A DNA stretch of 55,689 bases, taken from NCBI GenBank assembly GCA_937892695.1, contig CALBJK010000071.1, positions 1 through 55,689 of the forward strand. Direction: 5' to 3'. Position 1 is the stretch's first letter; each line of letters opens with the position of its first letter. This document shows positions 52,017-55,689 of the stretch, piece after piece. The stretch comes from an uncultured Prevotella sp. GTDB taxonomy: Bacteria; Bacteroidota; Bacteroidia; Bacteroidales; Bacteroidaceae. The notes under the pieces are model-generated. The model was not told the DNA's origin and ran no database searches. It was given only the letters and a program-made list of their open reading frames with translations. The translations under genes and the position numbers were made by a program.

Positions 52017-53687
52017 TCAATCTGAAGTGTTGCTCTTCCTCTGTTCCATACGACGCAATGCGAAGTCGTAAGCTTTATAATAATACTTTATAAAGTTGCT
52101 CCACAAGGCTTTCAGTGAGAGGTTTTCTGCATTCTTTCGAACCGTTTCAGCACTTTCAGAAGATAGGAAAGAATATTCTTCTATTGTTTTCTTTATGTTC
52201 TCCGCCACGTCGGAATAATTGTCGTCGTCGCGGTGAACCACTTCAACGCCATCGTTTAAAATACCCTTGTGGCCTAGTTCGGCATCAACCCATTTGCCGA
52301 ACCCGGCAAGATCGGTAGTAATACAAGGTACGTGGAAAGCGATTGCTTCAAGTGGAGTGTACCCCCAAGGCTCATAATAAGAAGGATAGACACAGAGGTC
52401 ATTGCCAAGTACAAGGTCGTAATACTGTATGTTTAGAATTCCGTCGTCACCGTTCAGATAGCAAGGAATGAACACGATTTTCACATTGTCGCCCTTCGCA
52501 TTTTCCATTCCGAGATACCTGAGCATTCCCAGTACACGGTCTTCGCCTTCGTTGTTCAACACATGGGTTACAACGGGATTTTCGAGCGGGGTGTCATACC
52601 CTTTATCTGATGACAGGCGTAGAGCCAAATCCTTGCGTGGTTCTTTCACCCATCCGGGTACTTCGATGAAGGCCAAGATCTGGCGCTTGGTTTTGCCGGA
52701 TACACGCAGACGGTTAATGGCTTCGATAAACACATCAATTCCTTTGTTTCTGAACTCATAGCGTCCACTGGTAGAGACAATCAGAGTATCATCGTCAAAA
52801 TGGCAACCAGTCAGAGCATTTGCCACTTTGAACAGACTTGCTCTGGCTGTTTTGCGCTTACGCGAGAACGTCTCTCCTCGTGGGACAAAATCGTTTTCGA
52901 ATCCGTTAGGCAGAACTACGTCGGCAGGTTTGTCGAGAAGTTCTGCACATTCGTGGTCGGTTATCTCGCTTACTGTAGTGAAGCAATCTACGTTATGCGC
53001 GGCCTGTTTTTCCACAGAATGCTTGCTCTGCATATTCAGTTCGGCTGCCATCTGGTCGCCGTTGTAACCTGGTAGATAAGCGTAGAGTTTCTTGTTGTTT
53101 CCGGCTATGCTGCGACCGATGCTTGTAGCATGGGTGGTGAAGATGGTCGCTATCCTTGGAAGAAAATGCTTGATGTACAGAAGCCCCAAGCCTGTCATCC
53201 ATTCATGACCTTGATACACGACATTCTCCGAAGGTTTTATATTATGATGATAGTAGCTCTCCACTACTTTGGCTGCCGCGTAAGAGAACATCGATGCTTC
53301 GTCGTAATCGCCGTAAGCATGAAGACTGTCAACGCCGAAAAGCTTCCACATCTCTGTATAAATGCTATCCTTCTGTGAAAAGAATGGAGCAAAGTCGACG
53401 AGAATGGCAACAGGATTGCCCGGCACATTCCAACGGCCTATCCTTACGGCCAGTCCTTCCTTTGCAGCTTCAAGCTTCCATTTTGGCAACAGAGTTTCGT
53501 CCTCGTCAAAATAAATGTTTTGAGAAGTTCCACCCAAATAAGGGCCTATAAAGACCAGATGGTCTCCCAGACGTTGATGTAAGGTCTTTGCACGAGTTGA
53601 AAGCACTGTGTAGATACCCCCTACCTTATTACAGACTTCCCAACTTGACTCAAATACATAATCAGGGAAAAGCAACTCTCTATTCAT
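52017..53687 (-). CDS. Glycogen synthase, GT3 family
   Basis: FESSWEVCNKVGGIYTV, FTTHATSIGR, SGRYEFRNKGID, YPSYYEPWGYTPLE; ATG at 53687; -7 box TATATTTG (minus, 53755-53762). Confidence 0.9.
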   Translation of the reverse strand: MNRELLFPDYVFESSWEVCNKVGGIYTVLSTRAKTLHQRLGDHLVFIGPYLGGTSQNIYFDEDETLLPKWKLEAAKEGLAVRIGRWNVPGNPVAILVDFAPFFSQKDSIYTEMWKLFGVDSLHAYGDYDEASMFSYAAAKVVESYYHHNIKPSENVVYQGHEWMTGLGLLYIKHFLPRIATIFTTHATSIGRSIAGNNKKLYAYLPGYNGDQMAAELNMQSKHSVEKQAAHNVDCFTTVSEITDHECAELLDKPADVVLPNGFENDFVPRGETFSRKRKTARASLFKVANALTGCHFDDDTLIVSTSGRYEFRNKGIDVFIEAINRLRVSGKTKRQILAFIEVPGWVKEPRKDLALRLSSDKGYDTPLENPVVTHVLNNEGEDRVLGMLRYLGMENAKGDNVKIVFIPCYLNGDDGILNIQYYDLVLGNDLCVYPSYYEPWGYTPLEAIAFHVPCITTDLAGFGKWVDAELGHKGILNDGVEVVHRDDDNYSDVAENIKKTIEEYSFLSSESAETVRKNAENLSLKALWSNFIKYYYKAYDFALRRMEQRKSNTSD

Positions 53688-53924
53688 TGAAAATACATCC
53701 TTAATACGAACTAAATAGTTAAATTTCAATGCGGTAAAGCATCAAACAACATTGCAAATATAGCACTAAAAAAACAAATGGCCAACCATTAATGCAATAA
53801 AAATAAAAAAAACGCCACTAATCTTGACTTATTTCATTACCTTTGTTCACATCACATCATATAAAGAAAAAAACAAGCCGAATAATAAAACAAAAAATAT
53901 AACAGCAAAACAATAGAAACAATT

Positions 53925-54401
53925 ATGAAAAATATTCTTTTATGCTCACTTCTTACCTTTTTGCCGATGGCAATGTCTGGACAAACAGCCAACGACTCCA
54001 TCTTTAAAGGGAGAATCTACAACGAGGAATACAAGGTGTTCTTCGTCATCAATCTCTATGAGAACAACGTCGTATCACCATATCAGGAAATATTCGGCGA
54101 ACTACCGGGCTACTTCGGCTCTGATACGGACGGACGTCAGTGGCTCATCACATCGGCCAAAATAAAGAATAAACACACGGCCACGCTTGCCATCACTAAC
54201 GATTATGGCAGCGAAGACCTGACCGCGACGCTCACCTACAAGGACGGAGTCTACACTCTGAAGCAGGAAGAGGGCAGCCGCATCAAGATTGCCGTAAACC
54301 GCAAATGGGTGAAGATACCGCAGACCTTGGATTTCAAGCGCACCGGAAATAAAAAAGGTGAAAAGCATGGGCTATTGAGAGCACAAGACTCAAGACCCTA
54401 A
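53925..54401 (+). CDS. Hypothetical exported protein
   Basis: Signal peptide (MSG|Q), clean ATG after an A-rich leader, -7 box TACCTTTG at 53838-53845. Confidence 0.7.
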   Translation: MKNILLCSLLTFLPMAMSGQTANDSIFKGRIYNEEYKVFFVINLYENNVVSPYQEIFGELPGYFGSDTDGRQWLITSAKIKNKHTATLAITNDYGSEDLTATLTYKDGVYTLKQEEGSRIKIAVNRKWVKIPQTLDFKRTGNKKGEKHGLLRAQDSRP

Positions 54402-54571
54402 GCTTTTGTCTGATACATGCTTTGGGCCAACTCAAATCGTTTTGATATCAAGTTCTGATAGGTTGGGGGGGTGTAGTTTGCAAGCCTATTGCTGCATATT
54501 TTCATGCTCCTCTAAAACTGTAACTTAGAATTATGTACGAAGTGTCTTTCTATATTGTCCAAGTTAGGATA

Positions 54572-55440
54572 TAGTCAAAAAGAAATGATTTGAGAATTAG
54601 CCAATCGGAAATTGAGAGTTAGAAGTGACTCCAACTCTTCTCTGAAATCGGCAATCTTATCGAAAAATCGTCTGATTGCTTTTCTGAAATCTTCCTTAGT
54701 TCGGTAGAATCCAGTGTTGATAACTTTCTTCCGAAGAAATTTCCACAGTCTTTCTATCAAATTGAGATTTTGGGAATATGGCGGAAGGAATATCTGTTTG
54801 ATCTTTGTTCCTTTCACCCATTCTTTCAGTTCTTTGTTGTGATAATATCGTGCATTGTCAGAAATTATGTATATACATGAGGCTTCCGGGTGTTTGGCAA
54901 GAGCCTCCTTGTATAATTCCTGTTTTGACTTCGCATTAACACTCTCGCAATCATGGGCTATGACATCAGTTACATCATATGCATTCAAGAGTCCGTTGAT
55001 GTTGACACGGTCACGGCCACTCACTGTTAGCTGTTCAAACCGTTCACCTTTCTCTATCCATGCATAAGTGGAACGGCTGTTGTGGGTGGGATGCACCCTG
55101 TCGGCATAATACACCACAGCGTCTTCCCTCATGTCAGAGAGGGTCTTGCATAATTTATTAATGAAATCAGCTTGAGCGGACGCATCAGCCTCACATGGAA
55201 CTTCTGTCGTTTTCTTATAGGTGAAACCTATACGGTTCAACAAGTCAACAGTACCCTGTTGGGTATATTTCACGCCAAAAGTGCACAACATCCAATCTGC
55301 GACCGGTTTGGCATCCGTGTATATATGCTCTTTCAATTCACGGCAGAGGGCTGACAGTTGGGTACTTCAAGACAGCTCCAATAGCCTTTGTAGCCATCTC
55401 CCAACAAACTTTCCACACCGCCAACTTTGTATTTCTTGAG
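54572..55440 (-). mobile_element. IS630 family element, 5'-truncated with frameshifted transposase
   Basis: LLNRIGFTYKK, YYADRVHP, IISDNARYY, FLPPYSQNLNLIERLWKFLR; upstream piece KKYKVGGVESLLGDGYKGYW lies in another frame; right end abuts TA at 54570-54571. Confidence 0.85.
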
Positions 55441-55500
55441 AGATGCAAGTAGTGTTTATAGTTGATGTACGTGGATGAAAACGGTCGGGTGTACATTCCC

Positions 55501-55565
55501 GAGAATAGTTGGAGTTACTTCGAACTCTCAATTTCTGATTGAAGAATTTCCAAACTAGTTTAGTA
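55501..55565 (+). mobile_element. Inverted, degenerate remnant of an IS630 transposase 3' end
   Basis: Reverse complement of 55501-55541 matches 54602-54642 at 37 of 41 nt; translates E*LELLRTLNF*LKNFQ versus EELESLLTLNFRLANSQ. Confidence 0.7.
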
Positions 55566-55689
55566 ATGTTCAAAAAATAACTTGTGCAATTTTAGGCATA
55601 CGTCCTTTAGCGAATTTTGGTACTAAGGTCTGCAAATGAAGACAATTGTAGGTCATTGAGATTTTATTCATATATAACATCTTATTTAT

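Noticed and set aside
49390..53687. Eukaryote-like GT3 glycogen synthase beside a phosphorylase as a novelty
   Set aside because: This pairing is a common arrangement in Bacteroidales.
54465..54471. G7 tract as a phase-variation site
   Set aside because: Short, downstream of a gene end, and not near a recognisable promoter or ORF.

Overview
Chromosomal window from a Bacteroidales bacterium, most likely Prevotellaceae. The assignment rests on Bacteroidetes -33/-7 (TTTG..TAnnTTTG) promoters, signal peptides followed by Gln, and gene content; protein families were recognised from motifs, not from database searches. Left to right: (1) a minus-strand polymorphic toxin unit with a signal-peptide DUF6443/RHS protein carrying an HEXXH metallopeptidase tip, a membrane-anchored putative immunity gene, and a YD-type partner that appears prematurely stopped. 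(2) A ~17 kb type V (Mfa/Fim) pilus region made of two paralogous DUF3575 + DUF3868/OmpA-like modules; the first ends in a 940-aa outer-membrane protein with five tandem beta-barrel repeats, the second drives Mfa1-like, Mfa2-like and three accessory pilins and has a poly-G tract near its promoter. (3) A decayed GH43 gene, then an unsaturated-uronate catabolic operon: kduD, DUF4861, orphan GatC-like permease, signal-peptide KduI, kdgK, eda and a GH105-DUF2264 fusion. (4) Housekeeping genes: C1 aminopeptidase, pepP, patatin, gapA, SLC13 permease, tex, infC-rpmI-rplT, ThiE-like, prs, TlpA, BNR-4 protein, glgP and GT3 glycogen synthase. (5) A decayed IS630 with an inverted remnant. Intergenic DNA holds two GTAG-type REP hairpins and two related 22-bp-periodic repeat arrays. 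The best candidates for undescribed biology are the five-barrel/DUF3575/DUF3868 module beside the pilus operon and the apparent periplasmic KduI plus PTS-independent GatC-like uptake route. No rRNA, tRNA, CRISPR array or reverse transcriptase was seen.
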